Source: Escherichia coli (GTDB taxonomy: Bacteria > Pseudomonadota > Gammaproteobacteria > Enterobacterales > Enterobacteriaceae). From it: 64,000 nucleotides of DNA. Made by a program: the position numbers and the translations under genes. The stretch lies in NCBI RefSeq assembly GCF_050920415.1, contig NZ_CP169309.1; one strand, given 5' to 3'. The stretch's first letter is position 1, and each line of letters opens with the position of its first letter. Below the pieces are notes generated by a model. It had not been told where the DNA came from and made no database searches. It was given only the letters and a program-made list of their open reading frames with translations. This document shows, in pieces, positions 49,664-62,713 of the stretch.

Positions 49664-50476
49664 TTAAAGATCCAGCCCAGCCGCTACGTGGCGAATGCCG
49701 CGAATCGCTAAACCCGCATCAGCGTTGATCATCACACCGCTTAATGCGCGATTATTGCGCCGCGATGCCAACATCACATACGGACCCGTAAAATCCGCCG
49801 GTTGCGGGAAAAATTGCAGCGGTAATATGGCGGCAATTTTCTCCGGCGTCAGAGACTGCATTATCGAGGTTTCACTTTGCCCGAGCGCCTGTGGGCCGCG
49901 CAGGTCGCTGGCCATACCACACGGGCCGACGCCATTCACCCGCACTTTCGGTGCCAGTTCATAAGCCAGTTGGCGAATAAGTCCGGTTGCGGCATGTTTA
50001 CTGGCGGTGTACAGCGGGCCACCGCCGCCGGGATACCAGGCGGCATTTGACAGTGTGAAAATCATGCTGCCTTCACTGGCGATTAACGCCGGAGCGCAGG
50101 CTTTTGCGCCCAGCAGGTAACCGAGTACGTTGACGTTAAACAGCTCGTGGAAGCCGGTTTCGAGCGTCTCTGCGGGAGTATTAACCAGTGAGGCATTGTG
50201 ATCCCAGATGCCCGCATTGCCGATAAAACAATCCAGCTTGCCAGAACGAGTCAGGATCTGATCGACCGCGCGTTGATAATCGGCATAGCAGGTCACGTTA
50301 CCTTCCACCGCCAGAATATGTTCGCCAAATCGCTGACGCAGACTGGCGACTTTTGCCGCCGACAGTTCCAGCGTGGCAACCTGCGCACCTTCTTCGATAA
50401 ATCGCTCGACCAGTGCCAGTCCTAATCCCGATCCGCCACCAGTAATAAAGATGGACTCGTTATGCAGATCGCTCAT
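49664..50476 (-). CDS. hcaB: 2,3-dihydroxy-2,3-dihydrophenylpropionate dehydrogenase (SDR family)
   Basis: 270-aa [12 protein letters not shown] cofactor motif, YxxxK catalytic pair. Confidence 0.93.
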
Positions 50477-50792
50477 GGCTGCGCCTCCGGTAAGTCGATG
50501 AAGATATCACCACCTTCAACGTGTACTGGATAAGTGGTTAGCGGATCGGTGGCGGGCAGGCATAACGCTTTCCCCGTTTTCAGGCAAAAACTGGCGGCGT
50601 GCAGTGGGCACTCTACCGTAGCATCATCTTCCAGATACCCTTCTGACATCGACGCATTACCATGACTGCAACGATCGTTAATGGCATAAAACTCGCCGCC
50701 AACGTTGAACAGGGCGATGACGGGCGAGGTATCGAGCCGGAGAGCCTCACCTTCCGGCACATCCGCAACGGGACACGCATAAATTCGATTCA

Positions 50793-50793
<1 letters not shown>
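50473..50793 (-). CDS. hcaC: Rieske-type ferredoxin of 3-phenylpropionate dioxygenase
   Basis: 106-aa ORF with CSH...CPLH Rieske motifs. Confidence 0.93.
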
Positions 50794-52705
<1,912 letters not shown>

Positions 52706-52804
52706 CTATTTTTGTGCCATAAGGATGTTGCTGGTTGGTTGCTGATATGTGAAATAGTTAATTTCTACCAACTGAGACGTTTTTTCGATAACAAGGGGAA
52801 GGTG

Positions 52805-53695
52805 ATGGAACTACGGCATTTACGCTATTTCGTCGCAGTGGCGCAGGCACTGAACTTTACCCGTGCGGCGGAAAAACTGCATACCTCACAGCCTTCGTTA
52901 AGCAGCCAGATCCGCGATCTCGAAAACTGTGTTGGTGTTCCGCTACTGGTACGTGATAAACGTAAAGTCGCGTTGACGGCGGCGGGAGAATGTTTTCTCC
53001 AGGACGCGCAGGCAATCCTGGAACAAGCGGAAAATGCCAAACAACGGGCGCGGAAAATTGTTCAGGAAGATAAGCATTTAATCATCGGTTTTGTGCCATC
53101 GGCGGAAGTGAATTTACTGCCAAAAGTATTGCCCATGTTCCGACTGAAACAGCCAGAAACCTTGATCGAGTTGGTGAGTTTAATTACCACGGAACAGGAA
53201 GAAAAAATTCGCCGTGGTGAACTGGATGTCGGCTTAATGCGCCATCCTGTCTATAGCCCGGAGATTGATTATCTGGAACTTTTTGACGAACCATTAGTGG
53301 TGGTGTTGCCGGTTGATCATCCTTTAGCACAAGAAAAAGAGATCACCGCCGCGCAGCTGGATGGCGTGAATTTCGTTAGTACCGATCCGGCATATTCCGG
53401 TTCGCTTGCGCCGATCGTTAAGGAGTGGTTTGCGCAAGAAAACAGCCAGCCGAATATCGTCCAGGTGGCAACCAATATTCTGGTAACGATGAATTTGGTG
53501 GGGATGGGGCTTGGCGTAACTTTGATACCCGGTTATATGAATAATTTTAATACCGGGCAGGTGGTATTTCGGCCAATTGCCGGAAATGTGCCTTCCATTG
53601 CCCTACTAATGGCGTGGAAGAAAGGCGAAATGAAACCGGCATTACGCGATTTCATCGCCATTGTGCAGGAACGTTTGGCAAGCGTAACGGCATAA
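52805..53695 (+). CDS. hcaR: LysR-family activator of the hca operon
   Basis: ORF 52712..53695; start at ATG 52805 (MELRHLRYFVAVAQALNFTRAAEKLH) gives 296 aa; divergent from hcaE. Confidence 0.9.
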   Translation: MELRHLRYFVAVAQALNFTRAAEKLHTSQPSLSSQIRDLENCVGVPLLVRDKRKVALTAAGECFLQDAQAILEQAENAKQRARKIVQEDKHLIIGFVPSAEVNLLPKVLPMFRLKQPETLIELVSLITTEQEEKIRRGELDVGLMRHPVYSPEIDYLELFDEPLVVVLPVDHPLAQEKEITAAQLDGVNFVSTDPAYSGSLAPIVKEWFAQENSQPNIVQVATNILVTMNLVGMGLGVTLIPGYMNNFNTGQVVFRPIAGNVPSIALLMAWKKGEMKPALRDFIAIVQERLASVTA

Positions 53696-53855
53696 ATACG
53701 CAATAATTTTGCAAGGTGCGTTGTGGGGCGCAGCTTTTTTAGTGCTTGCGAACAGGCGTTACAGACATCGGGAAGCAGGCTCGAATATTCTTATTTTTCA
53801 ACTTGCACCAACATTCGATTAACCCCAGACTAACGCCTCCTGACGGGAGGGACTC

Positions 53856-54995
53856 ATGGTTTTGCAATCCACGCGCTGGTTGGCGCTCGGTTATTTCACA
53901 TACTTTTTTAGTTACGGCATTTTTCTACCTTTCTGGAGCGTCTGGCTTAAGGGGATTGGCTTAACGCCAGAAACTATCGGCCTGTTATTGGGGGCTGGTC
54001 TGGTTGCCCGTTTTCTCGGGAGTTTGATCATCGCGCCCCGCGTTAGCGATCCTTCCCGCCTGATTTCCGCCTTGCGCGTACTGGCACTGCTGACACTTCT
54101 CTTTGCTGTCGCCTTCTGGGCGGGGGCGCATGTAGCGTGGTTGATGGTGGTGATGATTGGCTTTAACCTCTTTTTCTCACCGCTGGTACCGTTGACCGAT
54201 GCACTGGCGAATACATGGCAAAAACAGTTCCCGCTTGATTACGGCAAAGTGCGACTGTGGGGCTCGGTGGCGTTTGTCATTGGCTCGGCGCTGACAGGCA
54301 AACTGGTCAGTATGTTGGATTATCGGGTGATCCTCGCGCTGTTGACGTTGGGCGTGGCGTCCATGCTGCTCGGATTTCTCATTCGTCCAACGATTCAGCC
54401 ACAAGGGGCTAGCCGTCAGCAGGAGAGCACGGGAGGGCCAGCCTGGCTGACACTGGTCCGCCAGAACTGGCGCTTTCTGGCCTGCGTTTGTTTATTACAG
54501 GGAGCGCATGCAGCCTATTACGGTTTTAGCGCTATTTACTGGCAGGCAGCTGGGTATTCTGCTTCAGCGGTGGGCTATTTGTGGTCGCTGGGCGTGGTGG
54601 CAGAAGTCATTATTTTTGCGCTGAGTAATAAACTTTTCCGCCGTTGTAGTGCACGCGATATGCTGCTGATCTCGGCGATTAGCGGTGTAATGCGCTGGGG
54701 AATTATGGGAGCAACGACGGCGTTGCCGTGGTTGATAGTGGTGCAAATTCTGCATTGCGGCACCTTCACGGTCTGCCACCTGGCGGCCATGCGTTATATT
54801 GCCGCCCGCCAGGGTAGCGAAGTCATCCGTTTGCAGGCGGTTTACTCTGCCGTTGCAATGGGCGGTAGTATCGCCATCATGACCGTCTTCGCCGGTTTCC
54901 TGTATCAATATCTGGGCCACGGCGTGTTCTGGGTGATGGCGCTGGTGGCGCTTCCGGCAATGTTCTTGCGCCCGAAAGTTGTTCCCTCATGCTGA
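53856..54995 (+). CDS. hcaT: MFS transporter (probable 3-phenylpropionate permease)
   Basis: 379-aa polytopic ORF. Confidence 0.9.
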   Translation: MVLQSTRWLALGYFTYFFSYGIFLPFWSVWLKGIGLTPETIGLLLGAGLVARFLGSLIIAPRVSDPSRLISALRVLALLTLLFAVAFWAGAHVAWLMVVMIGFNLFFSPLVPLTDALANTWQKQFPLDYGKVRLWGSVAFVIGSALTGKLVSMLDYRVILALLTLGVASMLLGFLIRPTIQPQGASRQQESTGGPAWLTLVRQNWRFLACVCLLQGAHAAYYGFSAIYWQAAGYSASAVGYLWSLGVVAEVIIFALSNKLFRRCSARDMLLISAISGVMRWGIMGATTALPWLIVVQILHCGTFTVCHLAAMRYIAARQGSEVIRLQAVYSAVAMGGSIAIMTVFAGFLYQYLGHGVFWVMALVALPAMFLRPKVVPSC

Positions 54996-56267
54996 TTCGA
55001 GCATTTTGCGGATCTGCTCCTGTTGGTGTGTTGTCAGCGTCAGATCTGTGTAGATCAGTGGTGGTGAAAAAAGCGGTAACGGCGTGGTGTAAGGCGCAAT
55101 AATCAGTGCCGCGCCGCGTGGAGCACCTCTCTGCAAAAATGCTTTTACCGACATATGCTTAATGTTGAGCGGCAGTAACGTCAGTTCACGTAACTGCTGC
55201 TCAATCTGCGCTTCACGCTCGCTATCATTCCCGGTCAGTAGAATAATCTGTTTTTCATGCAGGTCGTTTTCCTGCATTAGCCAGGCACCGAAAATCACAG
55301 CGACCAGACCGCTTTCCTCATCAGAAAGATGGACGCTGTATTCACTTTCAAATCCGGTCAGCGCCGCGCGGGTGGTGCGCACCAGGCGTGGGTACAGTCT
55401 GGAGAACTCTTCTGGCAGGGTGTTATCAATACCGATGGCAAACAAACTGCGATTTAACGCCTGGGCGAGGTGAGTATAAAGCTGATCGCATAACCCCTGT
55501 TCATCATAAAAACGAACATTTCCCAGCTCACGAAAATGGTTTACCAGACGTTTGATAGACTGACGCAATTGTCTGTCCCGCTGATGCGCATCCCGAATTG
55601 GATCGGGAACTCGCAACATGGAAAAAAGTAATGCCATAAATAGTGGCTCATCAGGCGGTACAGGCTGAAGCGCCCGACGCTGCCAGTGGCGTCCAATTTC
55701 CTGCGCTACCTGAAATTCCAGGCAGGATTCTGCCCAGCGACGTTGGAGCGGATTAAACTGAGGCGTAATGCCAGCGTGGTGTTGCAGCAAGCAATATTGC
55801 AGATACAGACACAGGAAATGAATATCGCGCGTTTCAAAGCGTTTTTGTAGCCGTCGAGAGCAGAGATTCACTAACGCTTGTAGATTGGTATCGTCGTAAA
55901 AGTTACGCGAAATTCCGCGCCGCTTTAGTTCACTCTTCAGAGCAGGTGTGAATTGGCTGGTAATAAATGACGGACACAGACGGAAACCACGTCGTAGCCA
56001 ATGAAATAAACACAAACGTTGGTTAAGCACTGTGCCTTCAACCCGATAGCTACCGTCATAACCAGTAGTCAGTGTGAGTTGATGATAGCGCAGGATCTCC
56101 CGTCCTGTTTCGCTGATATCAAGACTGGCAATATCATCATCCACACCATTAAGCTTGCTGAAGGTTGCCGTGGTGGCGGTCAACCCCGGCTGAAAGAGTG
56201 TCAGCAAGATCTGGCAGCGGCGCTGGGGAGCCGAAAGGACAGATGGTGAAGCAAGCGTAGGCATCAT
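54987..56267 (-). CDS. csiE: Stationary-phase inducible protein CsiE
   Basis: ORF 54987..56288; start at ATG 56267 (MMPTLASPSVLS) gives 426 aa; 3' end overlaps hcaT 3' end by 9 nt. Confidence 0.85.
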   Translation of the reverse strand: MMPTLASPSVLSAPQRRCQILLTLFQPGLTATTATFSKLNGVDDDIASLDISETGREILRYHQLTLTTGYDGSYRVEGTVLNQRLCLFHWLRRGFRLCPSFITSQFTPALKSELKRRGISRNFYDDTNLQALVNLCSRRLQKRFETRDIHFLCLYLQYCLLQHHAGITPQFNPLQRRWAESCLEFQVAQEIGRHWQRRALQPVPPDEPLFMALLFSMLRVPDPIRDAHQRDRQLRQSIKRLVNHFRELGNVRFYDEQGLCDQLYTHLAQALNRSLFAIGIDNTLPEEFSRLYPRLVRTTRAALTGFESEYSVHLSDEESGLVAVIFGAWLMQENDLHEKQIILLTGNDSEREAQIEQQLRELTLLPLNIKHMSVKAFLQRGAPRGAALIIAPYTTPLPLFSPPLIYTDLTLTTHQQEQIRKMLESA

Positions 56268-56457
56268 CTGTAGATCTCCCATAAGCATAATTGATAAGAA
56301 TAGCTAAAGTTTGCTCAGGGAAATGGCGAAGGGAATGCTAATCATCAGAAATGTTGGCAAGCGTCACAGAATTTTTCTCATCTTAAACTGTTCTGACCAG
56401 TGGATTAGCTCGTCTAAAGGTGGATTTGTGAATGATTATCGCGCTAGCGATCATGGG

Positions 56458-57312
56458 TTAGTTGTGCGGATTCAACGTGCTAAGGATAAAATCCACTATT
56501 TGTTCGCGATAAACATCACCGTGACGATCGGAAAAAGCATCAATGTGTTCGCCGTCAGGGATTAAGATTAAACGTTTTGGCTCTTTTGCCAGATCATACA
56601 ACTTTTGGCTGTGCTGCCATGGGATAACGTGATCGGCCTTACCGTGAATGAGTAAAACTGGGATCGGGCTGACGCTGGCGATGTAATTTTCGCCGCTGTA
56701 ACTCTCATCAAGTAAGTAGCCACTGCCGGGGATCATCTGGTTGGCGATGGTTGCATAAGAGGCAAATGTGGAGTCGAGGATCACTGCACGTATGCCCTCA
56801 CGATCACCCTGACCAACAACATCAAGAATATTCGCCCCGCCAATACTCTGCCCGAACAGCACCAGTCGTTGTGGGTTTACATCACTGCGATGGCGCACCA
56901 CATTGATGGCACTTAGCGTATCGTCCAGCAATCCGGCCTGAGACGGCGTGCCTTTTGATTTACCAAACCCGCGATAATCAAACATAAAAACGTTGAAATT
57001 ACGCTCGGGTAACCAACTGACCAGCGGCCAGTGGGCGGACATATTTCCGGCATTGCCGTGAGCATGAATGATGGTTGCGATGGCGTTGTCAGCGGGGCCT
57101 GTCGAAGAAGGGATAAACCAGCCTTGCAGACGAGTACCGTCCTTAGCTGTAAATTCGACGGATTCCGCCGACCAGGGGTCGGGACCGTAAATTTTGTCGT
57201 CGGGATAAAAGAAGAAGTTGATGGCAACGCGCGGCACTAAATAAACGCAGAAGGCAACAACAAAGAGAATAAACAGAATTTTGAGAACGCGTGTGTTCAC
57301 TGGCAGTGCCAT
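56458..57312 (-). CDS. yfhR: Alpha/beta-hydrolase-fold membrane-anchored protein YfhR
   Basis: ORF 56458..57339; start at ATG 57312 gives 284 aa; N-terminal TM anchor, GQSIGG nucleophile elbow. Confidence 0.85.
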   Translation of the reverse strand: MALPVNTRVLKILFILFVVAFCVYLVPRVAINFFFYPDDKIYGPDPWSAESVEFTAKDGTRLQGWFIPSSTGPADNAIATIIHAHGNAGNMSAHWPLVSWLPERNFNVFMFDYRGFGKSKGTPSQAGLLDDTLSAINVVRHRSDVNPQRLVLFGQSIGGANILDVVGQGDREGIRAVILDSTFASYATIANQMIPGSGYLLDESYSGENYIASVSPIPVLLIHGKADHVIPWQHSQKLYDLAKEPKRLILIPDGEHIDAFSDRHGDVYREQIVDFILSTLNPHN

Positions 57313-57456
57313 AACCTTTCCTTGCGACTTCTTTATCATCCATTAATCGGGGAAAGATGGTGGGAGAGTGACGAAAGAAAGTAAAGCAGAGCGGAAGCAT
57401 TTCGGAATAGCGCCTGAAAGGCGAGGGCGGGTGAGAGAAATCACCCGCCAGAGAAA

Positions 57457-58260
57457 TTAACGCTTCAGGGCGTCGCTTAACTCGTCACGCATGTTCGCCA
57501 GCATGGCTTTAACAACGCGCGGGTTACCGGCAACGATGTTACCGGTCAGCATGTAGTTATGACCACCGGTGAAGTCGCTGACGATACCGCCCGCTTCACG
57601 AACCAGCAGCTCACCTGCGGCGAAATCCCACGGACGCAGACCGATTTCAAAGAAACCGTCAACACGACCTGCGGCAACGTAAGCCAGATCCAGCGCCGCA
57701 GAACCAGTACGACGGAAGTCTGCACATTCGTTGAACAGTTTGCCGACGATGTTGATGTAAGTGGTAGCGTACTGTTTTGCTTTGAACGGGAAGCCGGTCG
57801 CCAGAATAGTACCGTCGAGATCGCGAGCGGTGCTGCCGCGCAGACGGTAGCCGTTCAGCTGTGCGCCCTGACCGCGAGTCGCGGTGAACAGTTCGTTACG
57901 CATAGGATCATAAACCACAGCAACTTCAGTGCGGCCTTTGATACGAACGGCAATAGATACCGCGAAGTGCGGCAGGCGTTTGATAAAGTTGGTAGTGCCA
58001 TCCAGTGGATCGATAACCCATTGAACATCCTGATCGGTACCTTCAAGTTCACCGCTTTCTTCGGTGATGATGGTGTGCTGTGGGTAAGATTTACGAATCG
58101 TGTCGATAATCACCGCTTCGGCAGCTTTATCTACGTTGGTCACGAAATCGTTACTGCCTTTCTGGCTCGCTTCTACAGCGTCCGGGGTTTCATAGTTTTT
58201 GGCAATTAAATTACCCGCCTTGCGCGCTGCGCGCACGGCGATGTTCAGCATCGGATGCAT
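57457..58260 (-). CDS. suhB: Inositol monophosphatase SuhB
   Basis: 267-aa ORF with IMPase motifs (WVIDPLDGTTNF). Confidence 0.95.
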   Translation of the reverse strand: MHPMLNIAVRAARKAGNLIAKNYETPDAVEASQKGSNDFVTNVDKAAEAVIIDTIRKSYPQHTIITEESGELEGTDQDVQWVIDPLDGTTNFIKRLPHFAVSIAVRIKGRTEVAVVYDPMRNELFTATRGQGAQLNGYRLRGSTARDLDGTILATGFPFKAKQYATTYINIVGKLFNECADFRRTGSAALDLAYVAAGRVDGFFEIGLRPWDFAAGELLVREAGGIVSDFTGGHNYMLTGNIVAGNPRVVKAMLANMRDELSDALKR

Positions 58261-58378
58261 CGGTCTCTCTCACTGGATGTTAAAGAACGGGAAAACGGCG
58301 CAGAGTATAGCAGCGAGATCGGCATCTGTCTTCGTTTTATGATAAGATGCGTGAATAATCTTTAGATGAAGAAAGACA

Positions 58379-59119
58379 ATGCTGCAAAATATTCGAATTG
58401 TGCTGGTGGAGACGTCACACACCGGTAATATGGGTTCTGTTGCCCGTGCCATGAAAACAATGGGCTTAACCAATCTGTGGCTGGTTAATCCACTAGTGAA
58501 ACCTGACTCCCAGGCGATTGCTCTGGCAGCAGGGGCCAGCGATGTGATTGGTAATGCTCACATTGTCGATACACTCGACGAAGCGTTAGCCGGTTGTAGC
58601 CTGGTGGTTGGCACCAGTGCACGCTCGCGCACGCTGCCGTGGCCGATGCTCGACCCGCGCGAATGCGGTTTGAAAAGCGTCGCTGAAGCGGCAAATACGC
58701 CGGTGGCACTGGTTTTTGGTCGTGAGCGTGTCGGCTTGACCAATGAAGAGTTGCAAAAGTGCCATTATCATGTCGCCATTGCCGCTAACCCGGAATACAG
58801 TTCGCTGAACCTGGCGATGGCTGTTCAGGTTATTGCCTATGAAGTCCGTATGGCCTGGCTGGCGACTCAGGAGAACAGCGAGCAGGTTGAACATGACGAG
58901 ACGCCGTATCCGCTGGTCGATGATCTGGAACGTTTTTACGGTCATCTTGAACAAACGCTGCTGGCAACCGGCTTTATCCGTGAAAACCATCCGGGGCAGG
59001 TGATGAATAAGCTGCGTCGTCTGTTTACCCGTGCGCGCCCGGAAAGCCAGGAGTTGAATATCCTGCGCGGGATTCTGGCTTCTATTGAGCAGCAGAATAA
59101 AGGTAACAAGGCCGAATAA
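58379..59119 (+). CDS. trmJ: tRNA (cytidine/uridine-2'-O)-methyltransferase TrmJ
   Basis: 246-aa ORF, SPOUT fold. Confidence 0.93.
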   Translation: MLQNIRIVLVETSHTGNMGSVARAMKTMGLTNLWLVNPLVKPDSQAIALAAGASDVIGNAHIVDTLDEALAGCSLVVGTSARSRTLPWPMLDPRECGLKSVAEAANTPVALVFGRERVGLTNEELQKCHYHVAIAANPEYSSLNLAMAVQVIAYEVRMAWLATQENSEQVEHDETPYPLVDDLERFYGHLEQTLLATGFIRENHPGQVMNKLRRLFTRARPESQELNILRGILASIEQQNKGNKAE

Positions 59120-59127
59120 CCGAGGTT

Positions 59128-59211
59128 GCCTGATGCGGCGCTTAACGCGTCTTGTCAGGCCTACATTGTACTGAACCCCTGGACGGATAAAGTGTTTACG
59201 CCGCACCCGAC
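59128..59211. repeat. Two REP-like palindromic units downstream of trmJ
   Basis: gcctgatgcggcgcttaacgcgtcttgtcaggcctac and ggacggataaagtgtttacgccgcacccgac. Confidence 0.65.
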
Positions 59212-59255
59212 AACAGGTACAAACGCCACGATAAAAAAATGGCACTGAAGGTTAA

Positions 59256-59305
59256 ATACCCGACTAAATCAGTCAAGTAAATAGTTGACCAATTTACTCG
59301 GGAAT
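59256..59305 (+). promoter_or_regulatory. Tandem IscR type-1 binding sites in the iscR promoter
   Basis: ATACCCGACTAAATCAGTCAAGTAA followed by ATAGTTGACCAATTTACTCGGGAAT, 85-135 nt upstream of iscR ATG. Confidence 0.65.
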
Positions 59306-59388
59306 GTCAGACTTGACCCTGCTATGCAATACCCCCACTTTTACAATAAAAAACCCCGGGCAGGGGCGAGTTTGAGGTGAAGTAAGAC

Positions 59389-59877
59389 ATGAGACTGACA
59401 TCTAAAGGGCGCTATGCCGTGACCGCAATGCTTGACGTTGCGCTCAACTCTGAAGCGGGCCCGGTACCGTTGGCTGATATTTCCGAACGTCAGGGAATTT
59501 CCCTTTCTTATCTGGAACAACTGTTTTCCCGTCTGCGTAAAAATGGTCTGGTTTCCAGCGTACGCGGGCCAGGCGGTGGTTATCTGTTAGGCAAAGATGC
59601 CAGCAGCATCGCCGTTGGCGAAGTAATTAGCGCCGTTGATGAATCTGTAGATGCTACCCGTTGTCAGGGTAAAGGCGGCTGCCAGGGGGGCGATAAATGC
59701 CTGACCCACGCGCTGTGGCGTGATTTGAGCGACCGCCTTACCGGTTTTCTCAACAACATTACTTTAGGCGAACTGGTTAATAACCAGGAAGTGCTGGATG
59801 TATCTGGTCGTCAGCATACTCACGACGCGCCACGCACCCGCACACAAGACGCGATCGACGTTAAGTTACGCGCTTAA
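59389..59877 (+). CDS. iscR: Fe-S cluster biogenesis transcriptional regulator IscR
   Basis: 162-aa [23 protein letters not shown]..., Rrf2 HTH and C92/C98/C104 cluster ligands. Confidence 0.97.
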
Positions 59878-59880
59878 TTT

Positions 59881-60002
59881 AACCGTCCTGTTTCGTGTTG
59901 CATCTGCGTTGACTGCACATACTCACTCCGGTCACTTACTTATGTAAGCTCCCGGAGATTCGTAAGTTTGTCAACTTGCTGAAACCCGAAACAGTTAGGT
60001 TA
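59881..60002. repeat. ERIC/IRU-like imperfect palindromic element within the iscR-iscS spacer
   Basis: Reverse strand reads GAATCTCCGGGAGCTTACATAAGTAAGTGACCGGAGTGAG...AACGCAGATGCAAC, closely matching the ERIC core (both ERIC primer sites); nested inverted repeats centred on cttacttatgtaag. Confidence 0.7.
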
Positions 60003-60117
60003 AAGATAACAAGATATTAGAATCAGGCCGGGGCGTCTCGCGCTCCGTAAACACGGTCGTACATCCAGCCGGTAGCCTGGTTCCTTGCATTGAGTGATGT
60101 ACGGAGTTTATAGAGCA

Positions 60118-61332
60118 ATGAAATTACCGATTTATCTCGACTACTCCGCAACCACGCCGGTGGACCCGCGTGTTGCCGAGAAAATGATGCAGTTTATGAC
60201 GATGGACGGAACCTTTGGTAACCCGGCCTCCCGTTCTCACCGTTTCGGCTGGCAGGCTGAAGAAGCGGTAGATATCGCTCGTAATCAGATTGCCGATCTG
60301 GTTGGCGCTGATCCGCGTGAAATTGTCTTTACCTCTGGTGCTACCGAATCTGACAACCTGGCGATCAAAGGTGCTGCTAACTTTTATCAGAAAAAAGGCA
60401 AGCACATCATCACCAGCAAAACCGAACACAAAGCGGTACTGGATACCTGCCGTCAGCTGGAGCGCGAAGGTTTTGAAGTCACTTACCTGGCACCGCAGCG
60501 TAACGGTATTATCGACCTGAAAGAACTCGAAGCAGCGATGCGTGACGACACCATCCTTGTTTCCATCATGCACGTAAATAACGAAATCGGCGTGGTGCAG
60601 GATATCGCGGCTATCGGTGAAATGTGCCGTGCTCGTGGCATTATCTATCATGTTGATGCAACCCAGAGCGTGGGCAAACTGCCTATCGACCTGAGCCAGT
60701 TGAAAGTTGACCTGATGTCTTTCTCCGGTCACAAAATCTACGGCCCGAAAGGTATCGGTGCGCTGTATGTGCGTCGTAAACCGCGCGTACGTATCGAAGC
60801 ACAAATGCACGGCGGCGGTCACGAGCGCGGTATGCGTTCCGGTACTCTGCCTGTTCACCAGATCGTCGGTATGGGCGAAGCCTATCGCATCGCAAAAGAA
60901 GAGATGGCGACCGAGATGGAACGTCTGCGCGGCCTGCGTAACCGTCTGTGGAACGGCATCAAAGATATCGAAGAAGTTTACCTGAACGGTGACCTGGAAC
61001 ACGGTGCGCCGAACATTCTCAACGTCAGCTTCAATTACGTTGAAGGTGAGTCGCTGATTATGGCGCTGAAAGACCTTGCGGTTTCTTCCGGTTCTGCCTG
61101 TACGTCAGCAAGCCTCGAACCGTCCTACGTGCTGCGCGCGCTGGGGCTGAACGATGAGCTGGCACATAGCTCTATCCGTTTCTCTTTAGGTCGTTTTACT
61201 ACTGAAGAAGAGATCGACTACACCATCGAGTTAGTTCGTAAATCCATCGGTCGTCTGCGTGACCTTTCTCCGCTGTGGGAAATGTACAAGCAGGGCGTGG
61301 ATCTGAACAGCATCGAATGGGCACATCATTAA
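60118..61332 (+). CDS. iscS: Cysteine desulfurase IscS
   Basis: 404 aa from ATG 60118 ([19 protein letters not shown]...), PLP-lysine [12 protein letters not shown], active-site SSGSACTS. Confidence 0.97.
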
Positions 61333-61359
61333 TCGGTATCGGAATCAGGAGAATTTATA

Positions 61360-61746
61360 ATGGCTTACAGTGAAAAAGTTATCGACCATTACGAGAATCC
61401 GCGTAACGTGGGTTCCTTTGACAACAACGACGAGAACGTCGGCAGTGGCATGGTGGGTGCACCGGCCTGTGGCGACGTGATGAAGTTGCAGATTAAAGTC
61501 AACGATGAAGGTATCATTGAAGACGCGCGTTTTAAAACTTACGGCTGCGGTTCCGCTATCGCTTCCAGCTCCCTGGTCACCGAATGGGTGAAAGGGAAGT
61601 CTCTCGACGAAGCACAGGCGATCAAAAACACCGATATTGCTGAAGAACTTGAACTGCCGCCGGTGAAAATTCACTGTTCTATTCTGGCAGAAGACGCGAT
61701 CAAAGCCGCCATTGCGGACTATAAAAGCAAACGTGAAGCAAAATAA
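61360..61746 (+). CDS. iscU: Fe-S cluster scaffold IscU
   Basis: 128-aa ORF MAYSEKVIDHYENPRNVG... with LPPVK motif. Confidence 0.97.
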   Translation: MAYSEKVIDHYENPRNVGSFDNNDENVGSGMVGAPACGDVMKLQIKVNDEGIIEDARFKTYGCGSAIASSSLVTEWVKGKSLDEAQAIKNTDIAEELELPPVKIHCSILAEDAIKAAIADYKSKREAK

Positions 61747-61762
61747 GAGTTGAGGTTTGGTT

Positions 61763-62086
61763 ATGTCGATTACACTGAGCGACAGTGCAGCAGCGCGAGT
61801 AAATACCTTTCTGGCTAACCGCGGCAAAGGGTTTGGCCTGCGTCTGGGTGTGAGAACCTCCGGATGTTCAGGTATGGCTTATGTACTGGAATTTGTTGAC
61901 GAACCGACGCCGGAAGACATCGTGTTTGAAGACAAAGGCGTGAAAGTCGTGGTCGATGGCAAAAGCCTGCAATTTCTGGACGGTACGCAACTGGATTTTG
62001 TAAAAGAAGGCCTGAACGAAGGGTTTAAATTTACCAACCCGAACGTCAAAGATGAGTGTGGTTGCGGCGAAAGCTTCCACGTTTGA
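61763..62086 (+). CDS. iscA: Fe-S cluster insertion (A-type carrier) protein IscA
   Basis: 107 aa from ATG 61763 ([13 protein letters not shown]...), C-terminal CGCGESF. Confidence 0.95.
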   Translation: MSITLSDSAAARVNTFLANRGKGFGLRLGVRTSGCSGMAYVLEFVDEPTPEDIVFEDKGVKVVVDGKSLQFLDGTQLDFVKEGLNEGFKFTNPNVKDECGCGESFHV

Positions 62087-62181
62087 TGCGCATACCGATA
62101 ACCCCACCGTGGTCAGCTGCGCGTGGGGTTTGTTTTACCTGATTCGTCGTTATTGCGGCGGATCGCAGCCCTGAGAATGTT

Positions 62182-62697
62182 ATGGATTACTTCACCCTCT
62201 TTGGCTTGCCTGCCCGTTATCAACTCGATACCCAGGCACTGAGCCTGCGTTTTCAGGATCTACAACGTCAGTATCATCCTGATAAATTCGCCAGCGGAAG
62301 CCAGGCGGAACAACTCGCCGCCGTACAGCAATCTGCAACCATTAACCAGGCCTGGCAAACGCTGCGTCATCCGTTAATGCGCGCGGAATATTTACTTTCT
62401 TTGCACGGTTTTGATCTCGCCAGCGAGCAGCATACTGTGCGCGACACCGCGTTCCTGATGGAACAGCTGGAGCTGCGCGAAGAACTGGACGAGATCGAAC
62501 AGGCGGAAGATGAAGCACGGCTGGAAAGCTTTATCAAACGTGTGAAAAAGATGTTTGATACCCGCCATCAGTTGATGGTTGAACAGTTAGACAACGAGAC
62601 GTGGGACGCGGCGGCGGATACCGTGCGTAAGCTGCGTTTTCTCGATAAACTGCGAAGCAGTGCCGAACAACTCGAAGAAAAACTGCTCGATTTTTAA
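62182..62697 (+). CDS. hscB: Co-chaperone HscB (J-protein)
   Basis: 171-aa ORF with J-domain HPD motif (RQYHPDKF). Confidence 0.95.
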   Translation: MDYFTLFGLPARYQLDTQALSLRFQDLQRQYHPDKFASGSQAEQLAAVQQSATINQAWQTLRHPLMRAEYLLSLHGFDLASEQHTVRDTAFLMEQLELREELDEIEQAEDEARLESFIKRVKKMFDTRHQLMVEQLDNETWDAAADTVRKLRFLDKLRSSAEQLEEKLLDF

Positions 62698-62713
62698 TTT
62701 CTGGAAGCTAAAC

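Noticed and set aside
58586-61002. Minus-strand ORFs antisense to trmJ (219 aa) and iscS (292 aa), and similar ones antisense to pdxJ (20091..20870) and yfiF (3018..3620)
   Set aside because: Same shadow-ORF phenomenon; the sense-strand genes match known proteins end to end.
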